A stretch of DNA of 64,000 nucleotides, taken from NCBI GenBank assembly GCA_036519015.1, contig DATDMA010000447.1, forward strand, positions 33,253 to 97,252. The letters run 5' to 3'. The notes under the pieces are model-generated. The model worked only from the letters and a program-made list of their open reading frames with translations. It ran no database searches and had not been told where the DNA came from. The number at the start of each line of letters is the position of its first letter. Position 1 is the first letter of the stretch. Shown here in pieces: positions 1 through 8,651 of this stretch. Source of the DNA: Pseudolabrys sp. GTDB taxonomy: Bacteria > Pseudomonadota > Alphaproteobacteria > Rhizobiales > Xanthobacteraceae. A program made the position numbers and the translations under genes.

Positions 1-418
1 CGCGCGCGAACGCCGCTTGCAGCTGCACGCTGAGCCCGCACCGGACGTCCAGCCGCAGAGTCGGCCGCGAGCGTGCGAAATCGGAGAGCACTTCCGCCAG
101 CCGATAGGCGGCGAAGTCTTCCGGAAGGCCGAGCCGCACGATGCCGTCGCTCACCGGCCGTGACACGACATCGCGCGCCTCCTGTTCGAGCGCGAGGATG
201 CGCCGCGCATAGGTCAGCAGCCGTTCGCCTTCCTCGGTCAGCGTCGCCTGCTTGCCGTTCCGCTGGAGGAGCGGACGGCCGAGCATGTCCTCAAGCCGCT
301 TGATCTGCTGGCTGACGGTGGACTGGGTGCGGTGGACGCGCTCGCCGGCGCGGGTGAAACCGCCGGCGTCGACGACGGAGACGAAGCTGCGAAGAAGACC
401 GATGTCCAGCATGGCCAT
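1..418 (-). CDS. LysR-family transcriptional regulator (partial, runs off window start)
   Basis: Manual translation of the minus strand gives MAMLDIGLLRSFVSVVDAGGFTRAGERVHRTQSTVSQQIKRLE..., a LysR HTH. Not in the ORF track. Divergent from a DMT gene. Confidence 0.93.
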   Translation of the reverse strand, partial: MAMLDIGLLRSFVSVVDAGGFTRAGERVHRTQSTVSQQIKRLEDMLGRPLLQRNGKQATLTEEGERLLTYARRILALEQEARDVVSRPVSDGIVRLGLPEDFAAYRLAEVLSDFARSRPTLRLDVRCGLSVQLQAAFAR

Positions 419-461
419 GCCCACTTGAAGGTCATTTAGAAAACCACTGCAGGTAATTCTA

Positions 462-480
462 TCATTTAATTTCCAAATGA
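462..480. promoter_or_regulatory. Putative LysR binding box
   Basis: TCATTT-N7-AAATGA inverted repeat containing T-N11-A, in the AT-rich gap between the LysR and DMT genes. Confidence 0.55.
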
Positions 481-522
481 CTAGAGGGGGGGTCCACATG
501 GGACGGCGAAAGGACACGTCTC

Positions 523-1440
523 ATGACCCAAGCTACGCTCACCTTCTCTCGCCGGCTTTCCTCAACCCCCATCCCGCTACCGCTGATGGTCGGGATGTTC
601 TGCATTCTGTGGAGTTCGGCCTTTTCAGTCGCCAAGCTGGCGCTCGTCGACTGCCCGCCGCTCCTCCTGCTCGCGTCGCGGTTCCTGGTCGCCGGCGTGC
701 TGATGCTGGCCGTGGCCCGCATCCAGGGCGTGCGGTGGACGCTCAGCCGCCGCGACGTCGCCTTGTTCGCCGTGCTCGGGATCGCCAACCAGGCCGTCTA
801 TCTCGGCCTCGGCTATGTGGGCTTGCGCGAAATCTCCTCGGGCCTGTCGGTGCTCATCATCAGCGCCAATCCGGTCATCACGGCGGTCCTGGCGGTGATG
901 CTGCTCGGCGAGCGGATGACCTGGGGCAAGAGCCTCGGCCTGCTGCTCGGCATCGGCGGCGTCGCCTACATCGTGGGAAGCCGTCTCGCGATCGGCGCCG
1001 ACCATCTGCAAGGCATCCTGCTGACGATTGCCGCGCTGCTATCGCTGGTCGGCGGCACCATCTTGTTCAAGCGCTTCGCGCCCAAGGACGGCCTGTGGAT
1101 CGGCAACGGTATTCAAAGCCTCGCCGCCGGCATCGCGTCGCTGCCTTTCGCACTCAGCTTCGAGAGCGTCGGCGATGTCGTGCCGACGTGGCGTCTGCTC
1201 TCGGCCTTCGCCTATCTCGTCTTACTCGTGTCGGTTTTCGCCTATCTGCTCTGGTTCCAGATCCTGACGGTGTCCGGCGCGACGGCGGCGAGTTCCTATC
1301 ACTTCCTGATGCCGCCGCTCGGCATGCTGTTCGGCTGGCTGTTGCTGGGCGAGCGCATGGCGACATCGGATCTGCTGGGCATCGTGCCGGTGGTGCTCGG
1401 CATCTATCTGGTCACGCGTCCGGTCGCGGCGCGCGGCTAA
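523..1440 (+). CDS. DMT/EamA family transporter
   Basis: About 10 hydrophobic helices, WSSAF...RFLVAG and LLGER motifs, internal duplication. Confidence 0.93.
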   Translation: MTQATLTFSRRLSSTPIPLPLMVGMFCILWSSAFSVAKLALVDCPPLLLLASRFLVAGVLMLAVARIQGVRWTLSRRDVALFAVLGIANQAVYLGLGYVGLREISSGLSVLIISANPVITAVLAVMLLGERMTWGKSLGLLLGIGGVAYIVGSRLAIGADHLQGILLTIAALLSLVGGTILFKRFAPKDGLWIGNGIQSLAAGIASLPFALSFESVGDVVPTWRLLSAFAYLVLLVSVFAYLLWFQILTVSGATAASSYHFLMPPLGMLFGWLLLGERMATSDLLGIVPVVLGIYLVTRPVAARG

Positions 1441-1446
1441 GCACGG

Positions 1447-2244
1447 ATGGAGATCGTCATGCTGGCACCACGTCTCACGCTGATCGGCGGCCCGACTGTT
1501 CTCATCGAGTTCGCCGGATTGCGGCTGCTCACCGATCCGACCTTCGATGGACCGGGCGACTATGCTCTGCCGCACGTGACGCTGCACAAGACCGGCAAGC
1601 CGGCGATCAGCGTCGACGAGGTCGGCTCGGTCGATGCCGTGCTGCTCAGCCACGATCAGCACGCGGACAATCTCGACACGTCCGGCCGCGCGTTTGTCGC
1701 GCGCGCGGTGCAGACGCTGACGACGGTTGCCGGCGCCGGCCGGCTTGGCGGCAATGCCGAGGGTCTGGCGCCATGGCAGACGACCGAGTTGCAAGGGGAG
1801 GATGGCCGCATTCTGCGCGTCACCGCGACGCCGGCGCGGCACGGGCCGGCCGGCATCGAGCCGTTCTCCGGCGACGTGCTCGGCTTCGTCCTCGCGACCG
1901 AAGGCGCGGCGCCGATCTACGTCACCGGCGACACCGTCTGGTACGACGGTGTCGCCGAGGTCGCGCGCCGTTTCAAGGCCGGTGTCGTGCTGCTCTTCAC
2001 CGGCGCGGCGCAGACACGCGGGCCGTTCAACCTCACGATGAATGTCAACGACGCCATCGAAACCGCGCATGCCTTTCCCGACGCGGCCATCGTGCCGGTC
2101 CATTGCGAGGGCTGGGCGCATTTCACACAAGATTGCGAAGACGTGCACAAATCGTTCAAGGCGCTCGGCATCGAGCAGCGTTTGCATATGCTTACGCCCG
2201 GCATTCCCACCATCGTCGAGCCGCTGCGCGCGAAGGCAAGCTAG
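1447..2244 (+). CDS. MBL-fold metallo-hydrolase
   Basis: LLTDPTF, SHDQHADNLD, ARHGP, GDT and PVH motifs. Confidence 0.9.
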   Translation: MEIVMLAPRLTLIGGPTVLIEFAGLRLLTDPTFDGPGDYALPHVTLHKTGKPAISVDEVGSVDAVLLSHDQHADNLDTSGRAFVARAVQTLTTVAGAGRLGGNAEGLAPWQTTELQGEDGRILRVTATPARHGPAGIEPFSGDVLGFVLATEGAAPIYVTGDTVWYDGVAEVARRFKAGVVLLFTGAAQTRGPFNLTMNVNDAIETAHAFPDAAIVPVHCEGWAHFTQDCEDVHKSFKALGIEQRLHMLTPGIPTIVEPLRAKAS

Positions 2245-2481
2245 GTCGCAAACTTATAAACATGCGAGAGTCCGCTCTGCTTCTGAGAGCCGTCGAGAGA
2301 TTCATTGCATCGCAGTGAACGACGCGATGAGCCAACAAGCGACCTTCCCAGCGCCCGCCGATTGATGTGGTGTCGATTATGCCGATCCACTCATGCGGAG
2401 GTTCCACTTCTCGAACGGGCAAAGGCCCGCTATGACAGTCTGCATCGGCAGACTGTCTCGGACCGTTGGAGAATAGCAATC

Positions 2482-3030
2482 GTGAATCGTAGGCATTTGT
2501 TGAAAGTCGGCGGTGCGTCGTTAGCGATGACCGCGGCGGCACCGCTCTCGCTGTTCGATCCGCGCGAGGCGCGGGCGCAGGGCATCCCATTCAAAGTTCT
2601 CTCGCCCGACGAGGTCTCGACGATTGAAGCCCTCTCGGACGCGCTGGTCCCGGGCGCGCGCGACGCGGGCGTCTCGCACTACATCGATCACGAGCTCGCG
2701 AGTCCTTCGCCCCGGCTGTTGCTTCGCTTCGCCCAGCTTCGCGGACCGATGGCGCCGTACTATCACGGCGCGCTCGCCGCGTTCGCGGCGTCAATCACGG
2801 CGCAGGAGCACGGCGCGTTCTCGTTGCTCTCGCCCAACACGCAGCACAGCGTTATCGAGGCGCTGCGGACCGGCACGATCAAGCCGTGGGATGCGGGCGC
2901 CGTCGCCGCGCCGGTCTTCTACGGGATGATGCGCAACGACGGCGTTGACGTCGTCTACGGCTCCGTCGAGGGGTTCAAGAACCTGGATATCCCCTACATG
3001 CCGCATATCATGCCGAAGACGACGTGGTGA
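2482..3030 (+). CDS. Gluconate 2-dehydrogenase subunit 3-like protein with Tat signal
   Basis: GTG start after GGAGA. MNRRHLLK twin-arginine signal ending ARA-Q. PGARDAGVSHYID motif. Directly upstream of a GMC gene. Confidence 0.8.
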   Translation: MNRRHLLKVGGASLAMTAAAPLSLFDPREARAQGIPFKVLSPDEVSTIEALSDALVPGARDAGVSHYIDHELASPSPRLLLRFAQLRGPMAPYYHGALAAFAASITAQEHGAFSLLSPNTQHSVIEALRTGTIKPWDAGAVAAPVFYGMMRNDGVDVVYGSVEGFKNLDIPYMPHIMPKTTW

Positions 3031-3035
3031 CAACG

Positions 3036-4619
3036 ATGGCGAATACCAAGAACACTCATGCTGACACGCACGTCGACGCGGTCGTCGTCGGCTCCGGCGC
3101 TGCGGGCGCGCTTGTCGCGGCCAAGCTGGCGGCGAAGGGGAAGAAGGTCGTCATCCTCGAGAGCGGACGCTCCGTGCTGCCCGCGGACATGATCAGCTCC
3201 GACATCAACGCGCGGTCGCTGCACTGGGGCGGCGGCATGGCGGAGCTCGAAGTTGCCTCGCCGGTGACGATCCGCACGTACTTCTCGTCCGGCTCGCAGA
3301 CTGGCGGGACAGCGGCGCATCATTACGCCGCGTGGTTCCGCTTGCACGAAGAGGACTTCCACATGAAGTCTACGTTCGGCCAAGGCAATGATTGGCCGAT
3401 CGCCTACGCGGATCTACGCCCGTACTACGATCAGATCCAAGAAGAAGTTGGAATCTCGGGCGACGCGGAGGCCGAGGTCTGGCGCCCGGCGGGCGCGCCC
3501 TATCCGATGCCCGGGCTTCCGCAGTTCACGCAGGCTCAGATCCTCAAGCGCGGCTTCGACAAGCTGGGCCTGCGGACGGCCCCGCTGCCGGTTGCAATCA
3601 ACACGAGTCAGTACAAAGATCGCCCAGCGTGCCTATACGACGGCTGGTGTGACGCGGGCTGCCCGATCGGGGCCCTCGCAAACCCTCAGTGGGTCTACCT
3701 GCGCGAAGCCCTCGCGCACGGTGCGACGCTTGTCAACAACGCGCGCGTGACGCGCGTGCTGACGACGACGAACGGTAAGCGCGCGACCGGTGTCGAATAC
3801 GTCGACCCCAAGGGGACCGTGCACGTGCAGCACGCCGATCTCGTCGTGCTCGCCGCGCTCACGCAGACGCCGCGCATCATGTTGAACTCGGCGACGAGCG
3901 CCCATCCGCAGGGACTTTCGAACCGCAACGGGATGGTCGGCAAGTACATCCTCGTGCACCCGACGCTCAACGTCTACGGCCTCTTCGAGGAGGAGACGGA
4001 CCCTTACGAGGGCGTGAGCATCGGCCTGATGGTCTCGCAAGACGACTACGCAAAAGATCCCAAGAAGGGGTATCTCGCGAGCTATCAATGGCTGGCCTGT
4101 CCGGCGGTGAAGCCAAACGGGTTGAACGGCCTCGCCTCGTCGCGGCCCGACATCTACGGCGCGGCGCTCGATGCGTGGATGAAGCGTGCGGCCAAGCACT
4201 TCACGTACATCCAGATGGTCGGCGAGATGATCGCGCGGCCGGAGAACCGGATCGAGCTCTCGAGCGACAAGGACGAGTTCGGCCTGCCACTCTCCCGGTT
4301 GACGATCGCCTTCAGCGACAACGAGCGTGCGCTCTACAACCACGCCTCGACCGTCGGAAGGTCGATCCTCACGGCCGCGTCCGCAACCGAAGTGTGGACA
4401 AGCCCGCTCGTCAACCAGCACTTCATGGGCGGGACGATCATGGGCAAGGACCTGAGCACGTCGGTGACCGACAGCTACGGCATCGCGCACGAGGTCCCAA
4501 ACGTCATGATCGCCGGGAACACGCTCTTCCCGACCTCGGCCGCGGTCAATCCGACGTTCACGACGCACGCGATCGCGTTGCGCGCCGTCGAACACGTCCT
4601 CGCGCACTGGCCGACGTAA
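3036..4619 (+). CDS. GMC family FAD oxidoreductase (large subunit)
   Basis: VVVGSGAAG FAD motif, Cys-rich CLYDGWCDAGC, C-terminal HFMGG and NPTFT. Confidence 0.92.
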   Translation: MANTKNTHADTHVDAVVVGSGAAGALVAAKLAAKGKKVVILESGRSVLPADMISSDINARSLHWGGGMAELEVASPVTIRTYFSSGSQTGGTAAHHYAAWFRLHEEDFHMKSTFGQGNDWPIAYADLRPYYDQIQEEVGISGDAEAEVWRPAGAPYPMPGLPQFTQAQILKRGFDKLGLRTAPLPVAINTSQYKDRPACLYDGWCDAGCPIGALANPQWVYLREALAHGATLVNNARVTRVLTTTNGKRATGVEYVDPKGTVHVQHADLVVLAALTQTPRIMLNSATSAHPQGLSNRNGMVGKYILVHPTLNVYGLFEEETDPYEGVSIGLMVSQDDYAKDPKKGYLASYQWLACPAVKPNGLNGLASSRPDIYGAALDAWMKRAAKHFTYIQMVGEMIARPENRIELSSDKDEFGLPLSRLTIAFSDNERALYNHASTVGRSILTAASATEVWTSPLVNQHFMGGTIMGKDLSTSVTDSYGIAHEVPNVMIAGNTLFPTSAAVNPTFTTHAIALRAVEHVLAHWPT

Positions 4620-4683
4620 CCGGCCAGCATCGCATCTCGGAAGCTTGGGCGGGCGCGTTGATCGTCCGCTCAAGCGACCAAAA

Positions 4684-4768
4684 GATCATTTCAGGTTTGA
4701 GGTGGTGCGCGCCACCATCTCGCCGCCGGCGACCAGCTTGACGTCGATCGGATAGTTACCGGTCGGCA
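4684..4768 (-). pseudogene. Displaced internal fragment of the TIGR02186-family gene (scar 1)
   Basis: Aligns by eye to 10325-10410 with 7 mismatches and 1 gap. Encodes PTGNYPIDVKLVAGGEMVARTTSNL. Confidence 0.9.
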
Positions 4769-4770
4769 GG

Positions 4771-4803
4771 AAAAAACCCCGCCGTTTCCGGCGGGGTTCA
4801 TTT
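4771..4803 (-). terminator. Intrinsic terminator of the DUF1236 gene
   Basis: AACCCCGCCG-tttc-CGGCGGGGTT hairpin, with an A6 tract on the plus strand (U-tract on minus). Confidence 0.8.
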
Positions 4804-4831
4804 GCGTATCAGTCGATCATTTCACCGATGC

Positions 4832-5248
4832 TTAGTCGACGATTTCGACGATGCGCCGCGTGCGCGGGTCAACCAGAACCGGATGCTCGTTCACGTAGGT
4901 GTAGCGGTAGCCCGTCACGTGGTACTCGGGCGGCACGTCGTAATAGGTAACGCCGCTCTCCGGCAACACCGCGCCGACGCGGAAGTCGTTGTCATAGCGA
5001 TAGGACGGCACCCGCTCGCGGACCACGTATTCGCGAAAGCGCGGGCGATCGTCGACGCCGAGAATGCCGCCGACAGTGCCGGTGGCCGCGCCGACTGCGC
5101 CGCCGACGATCGCGCCGATCGGGCCGGCGGCGCGGTTACCCTGGTCAGCGCCTTCTTGCGCTCCGCGCACGGTGCCTTGGGCCTGTGCCGCAATTGGCAG
5201 CGCCAAGGCGGCCATCACTATCATTGAGCCCACAAACTTGGTCTGCAT
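4832..5248 (-). CDS. Secreted DUF1236 domain protein
   Basis: Signal peptide (AQA-Q), glycine-zipper GAIVGGAVGAATG, C-terminal YRYTYVNEHPVLVDPRTRRIVEIVD. GGAG RBS. Confidence 0.85.
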   Translation of the reverse strand: MQTKFVGSMIVMAALALPIAAQAQGTVRGAQEGADQGNRAAGPIGAIVGGAVGAATGTVGGILGVDDRPRFREYVVRERVPSYRYDNDFRVGAVLPESGVTYYDVPPEYHVTGYRYTYVNEHPVLVDPRTRRIVEIVD

Positions 5249-5281
5249 GCCTCGCTCCATTGGCTGGTAACTCCACGCATC

Positions 5282-5307
5282 AATCTCCAGGGGCGGTCTT
5301 TGGTTCC
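5282..5307 (-). promoter_or_regulatory. Possible sigma-EcfG promoter of the DUF1236 gene
   Basis: Minus strand GGAAC-N17-GATT, one mismatch from the GGAAC-N16/17-CGTT consensus. Confidence 0.5.
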
Positions 5308-5457
5308 GTGCACAACCTACCTTTGGGCGCGTGGGCGCGGCATCCGAAATCACGCATTTATATGTAACCGCATTAATATGTAATATGTTGCCGTTTCGAT
5401 TCCGGCTCGCTTTGCCACGCCGGCTAAATTTGCCGCAGCAGCCTAAAGAGCAGCAGC

Positions 5458-6012
5458 CTAAAGAGACGTGACTTCTTTAACCCGTTGAGCGAGCACTTTC
5501 TCAAGGGCGGTGCCGAAACAAATACCTGTAAGAAGCAGGAGCGCGGTGGCAAGCATGAACCCGCCGCCATAGGCTGCCCAGGATAGACCCGCCGTCATCT
5601 CCGATCCGTGTGCATGGCCGTGGAAGACGGCGAACAGCCCCGAAACGGCAACCGCCAGGACGGTCGGAGCCTTCCAATTGAAGACGGCGGCAAACCCCAA
5701 TATCGGAAGAGACAAAAGAATACCTGCTTCCACGAATGGCACTTCAATGCCCTCTATCCCAAGGAAGCCGCCGAGAGCCATCATACTCAGAAATGCGCAA
5801 GGCAGCGCCCAAAGCGCGCGGCCTCCCATTCTGGCCGCGATCATGCCCACAGCGACCATTGCGATGACATGATCGATCCCTTGAAACGGATGCGCCAAGC
5901 CCTGTATAAATCCATGTGCCGGCGCGATGCTTGGGTGAGCAAGGGAGGCAGCCGGCACCGCGGTCAGAGCAATCGCAAGACCTATGCGCAAGGAGCTCAT
6001 GTGAGTGGGCAT
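5458..6012 (-). CDS. HupE/UreJ family metal (Ni/Co) transporter
   Basis: SLA-HP signal end, GLAHPFQGIDHVIAMVAVG and FHGHAHGSE motifs. Confidence 0.92.
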   Translation of the reverse strand: MPTHMSSLRIGLAIALTAVPAASLAHPSIAPAHGFIQGLAHPFQGIDHVIAMVAVGMIAARMGGRALWALPCAFLSMMALGGFLGIEGIEVPFVEAGILLSLPILGFAAVFNWKAPTVLAVAVSGLFAVFHGHAHGSEMTAGLSWAAYGGGFMLATALLLLTGICFGTALEKVLAQRVKEVTSL

Positions 6013-6069
6013 GCGGATCTCCCGTCAGTTTTGAATTGAAGGCCGTCGCAGTACAGCACCGGCAAATGG

Positions 6070-7092
6070 TCATGCCGGCACGACGTATGGGAAATTGTCA
6101 TCTCGCAGGTGCTTGGCAATGGACGGCTTCAGTCCTGAAGGCACAGCCGTGCCGGAGACGAGGGAGAGCATCGCTTCGGGTGCGTTGTCGGCCATCGTCC
6201 GGCCGTTGCGGGCGGCGAATCCGTATATCGCAGGCGTCCCGACCACGTAGGGCAGAACGTCGGGGAACAGTGCCCGCGCCACGGTCTCACCGTAGCCCTG
6301 TGGGTCGTCCGAGGTGCCGCTGGCCGCGACGACGGCGGATATGTGGTCGCCGATGTGCTTGCCGTCGTCGCTGAAGTCTTGCGACGGATGCCGGGTGTCC
6401 GCGGGGTTGGTGAAGTCGGTATCGTCTGGCCAGAAGATCGGCCACATCATGGGGTTGCCGCCGCGGTTGATCTGCCGCCAGCCGCCTGCGTCCGTGGCGA
6501 GTTTCGTGGCGCACCAAACACCGATGCGGGCGCCAGGTCTCAATTGCGGATGCTGTTGGGAAACCTCCAGCACAATCGATTCGACAGTCGTTCCCGCGAA
6601 GCTGTTCTTCGCGTCTGCCGGGCGCCACGCCGACAGGTCCACGGCGGTCCCGTCTTTTATAGGGCCGTTGATCTTCGCAAGGAGAGACAGGTCGATGTAG
6701 AACGCGTCGGCGATGCGTCCCGCCCATATTCGGATGCCACCGGCGCTGGCTGGCTCGCCGGTGCGTCCTTCCAGTATGAGTTCGCCGACCGCGGAGTCTT
6801 TGGTCGCGTCACCGCCGGTGAGAGCGTGCAGTCTCAGGGCTTGTCGTCCGCCTGAGTCTGCTTCTCCGAAGGACACGCGGTACGTCAGTGCTTCGAACTC
6901 GGCTCCGTCGAAGTGCACCTTGAATTCGTAGCGCGCCTCGTGGTGGAAACCGGGCTTTACGTGGACACCAGTAATGTTCGAGTTGACGTCCATGATAAAC
7001 ACGGTGCTGCCGTCGCCTGGGAAGACATACAGATCGTCGATATAAAGTTGACCGTTCTGCGCGGCGAGAGGGGTGTCGAGGTGATGAGACAT
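6070..7092 (-). CDS. DUF4331 family protein
   Basis: MSHHLD...IDDLYVF N-terminus, DAFYIDL, QINRGGNP, NGRTMADN and C-terminal FPY motifs. Confidence 0.8.
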   Translation of the reverse strand: MSHHLDTPLAAQNGQLYIDDLYVFPGDGSTVFIMDVNSNITGVHVKPGFHHEARYEFKVHFDGAEFEALTYRVSFGEADSGGRQALRLHALTGGDATKDSAVGELILEGRTGEPASAGGIRIWAGRIADAFYIDLSLLAKINGPIKDGTAVDLSAWRPADAKNSFAGTTVESIVLEVSQQHPQLRPGARIGVWCATKLATDAGGWRQINRGGNPMMWPIFWPDDTDFTNPADTRHPSQDFSDDGKHIGDHISAVVAASGTSDDPQGYGETVARALFPDVLPYVVGTPAIYGFAARNGRTMADNAPEAMLSLVSGTAVPSGLKPSIAKHLRDDNFPYVVPA

Positions 7093-7477
7093 GGGGCATG
7101 CTCCACGCGTTGATTTCACACGCTGCCTCGTGAGGCTTGCGGCGCCCCGCAAGCCCTGCTGCTAAATTGCCCATTTACCTGCTTCGAAAGGCGATCATGT
7201 AAGATGCCCGGTCGTCTTTGAGGGGACTGTTGCTTCGCCAATTGGCACATCGCGCCGAAAATAGAGCGCAGTGCAAACGTTGGCTTGTTCGCAATTTAAG
7301 TCGGGCGCGTCGAAAACAGTTCCCCAGTCAGAGCTAAAAAACGATGAGTTCAGGATCATCGCGACCATGATTGGTTGTTTCCGTCACTTGCAAGTTCGAG
7401 TGGCAACTGTAGAGAGCGGAGCCTCGCACGCTCGCGCCTCGAGAGGACAGACCGAGGCGCACAATTTGTAAGGCCCA

Positions 7478-7659
7478 CACGCCCTAATCCCTTCTGGACA
7501 CCACACTCGCGAACCAGCCGATGAGCAGCGCCATCATCGAGGTCGCCGCGCCATAGATCAGACTGTAATTACGTGAGGCATCCACGCGATACTGCTCGAC
7601 GCCGGTCTTGATCACTTCGAGGTTCGAGGTGGTGCGCGCGACCATCTCGCCGCCGGAGA
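7478..7659 (-). pseudogene. Displaced 3' end of the TIGR02186-family gene including the stop codon (scar 2)
   Basis: 182 nt colinear with 10193-10374, 16 mismatches by manual alignment, mostly synonymous. Encodes SGGEMVARTTSNLEVIKTGVEQY...WFASVVSRRD*. Confidence 0.95.
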
Positions 7660-7742
7660 CCATTCGGAAACTGAGGGACGATGGACATATTACGCCATGG
7701 TGCTGACGGAACATTCACGGTCCGGTCCGCTTGCAGCGTGAC

Positions 7743-7958
7743 TCATTCCCTCGCGAAAGGACTCAATCCCAGCCATGCGCATTGAGCGGGCGATCGCCTA
7801 TTCGCCGGCCAACGCGATGTGGCCGGCTCCGATCTGGGCTTTCAACGTCGACGCGCCCATTCAGACTGACGTCATGTTGCGCAGCGAAGTCTGCGCATGC
7901 AGATTGATCTCGTAGCGCGCGTCGACGCTGCACAGATCGACGTTGCCGCCTCGATCAC
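7743..7958 (-). pseudogene. Decayed C-terminal (SCP2-like) half of an HxlR-family regulator
   Basis: Manual translation DRGGNVDLCSVDARYEINLHAQTSLRNMTSV*MGASTLKAQIGAGHIALAGE*AIARSMR, then a frameshift to WLGLSPFARE*. Resembles HxlR-SCP2 C-termini (VDLC.VDPG...WMG...WLGLSPFA). Confidence 0.7.
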
Positions 7959-8009
7959 TGGCCGCGGACGCAGCCCGCCTAGAGGCGGTTCAAAAATCGC
8001 TTTCGCGCA

Positions 8010-8034
8010 AACGCGCCAGCCGCATTTCGGTTCC
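8010..8034 (-). promoter_or_regulatory. Sigma-EcfG (general stress response)-type promoter, divergent from the MetOD1 gene
   Basis: Minus strand GGAAC-CGAAATGCGGCTGGCG(16)-CGTT, exact consensus. Confidence 0.6.
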
Positions 8035-8117
8035 TGCTTACGAAGCTATTTTTGTCTGGTCCTTCCGCGGATTGGCAGGTACCCTGCTGCCTGGGCGCGC
8101 ATCGGGAGGACGATATC

Positions 8118-8651
8118 ATGGCAGCCATTGCAGACCTTCCGATTCCGTTAGAGCGCGACGGCTTCGTTCGTCGCTTGATACGCGAACTCGCTGGCACGCT
8201 TCAGGACGTAGTGGGTGTACATGATGCGGCCGGCTATATCACGGTCGTAGGTGCAGCGATGGGCGAGCATATTGATTCCGCTTACCGCAACGCCCTCCAG
8301 GTCGAGAGGCTCGACCGACAGCAAGTCGCCGAGGTGCTTGTCGATCTCAAGAAACGCATCGAAGGCAAATTCTACGTCAAAGAAGAAGCCGAAGACCGCA
8401 TTGTTTTCGGGAACAGCGCATGTCCGTTCGGCGATATGGTGCGGGATCGTCCCTCGCTTTGCATGATGACGTCCAATGTGTTCGGCCATATAGCGGCGCA
8501 GAATCTGGGTTATGCAGGTGTAGAGTTGAAAGAGACCATAGCTGAAGGTGCGCCGCGTTGTACCGTGGTCGTCCACTTGAGACCGAAAGAAGATCAACCG
8601 CTGGGGACTATGCGTGAATATTTCCGTCGCGACCCTTCCGCTAAGCCCTGA
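8118..8651 (+). CDS. Methanogen output domain 1 (MetOD1; V4R-like) protein
   Basis: ERDGFVRRLIRELAGTLQDVVG, LVDLKKRIEG, CPFG, PSLCMMTSNVFG, TIAEGAPRC motifs. GGGAGG RBS. Confidence 0.85.
   Translation: MAAIADLPIPLERDGFVRRLIRELAGTLQDVVGVHDAAGYITVVGAAMGEHIDSAYRNALQVERLDRQQVAEVLVDLKKRIEGKFYVKEEAEDRIVFGNSACPFGDMVRDRPSLCMMTSNVFGHIAAQNLGYAGVELKETIAEGAPRCTVVVHLRPKEDQPLGTMREYFRRDPSAKP

Noticed and set aside
477-2318. 613-aa ORF and the many other long overlapping or antisense ORFs in the track
   Set aside because: Arg/Ala/Gly-rich shadow frames of high-GC genes, with no motifs, overlapping well-supported CDSs.
7484-7714. 76-aa ORF as a functional gene
   Set aside because: Only the 3' 176 nt match TIGR02186 and the N-terminus is unrelated, so it is treated as an insertion scar.
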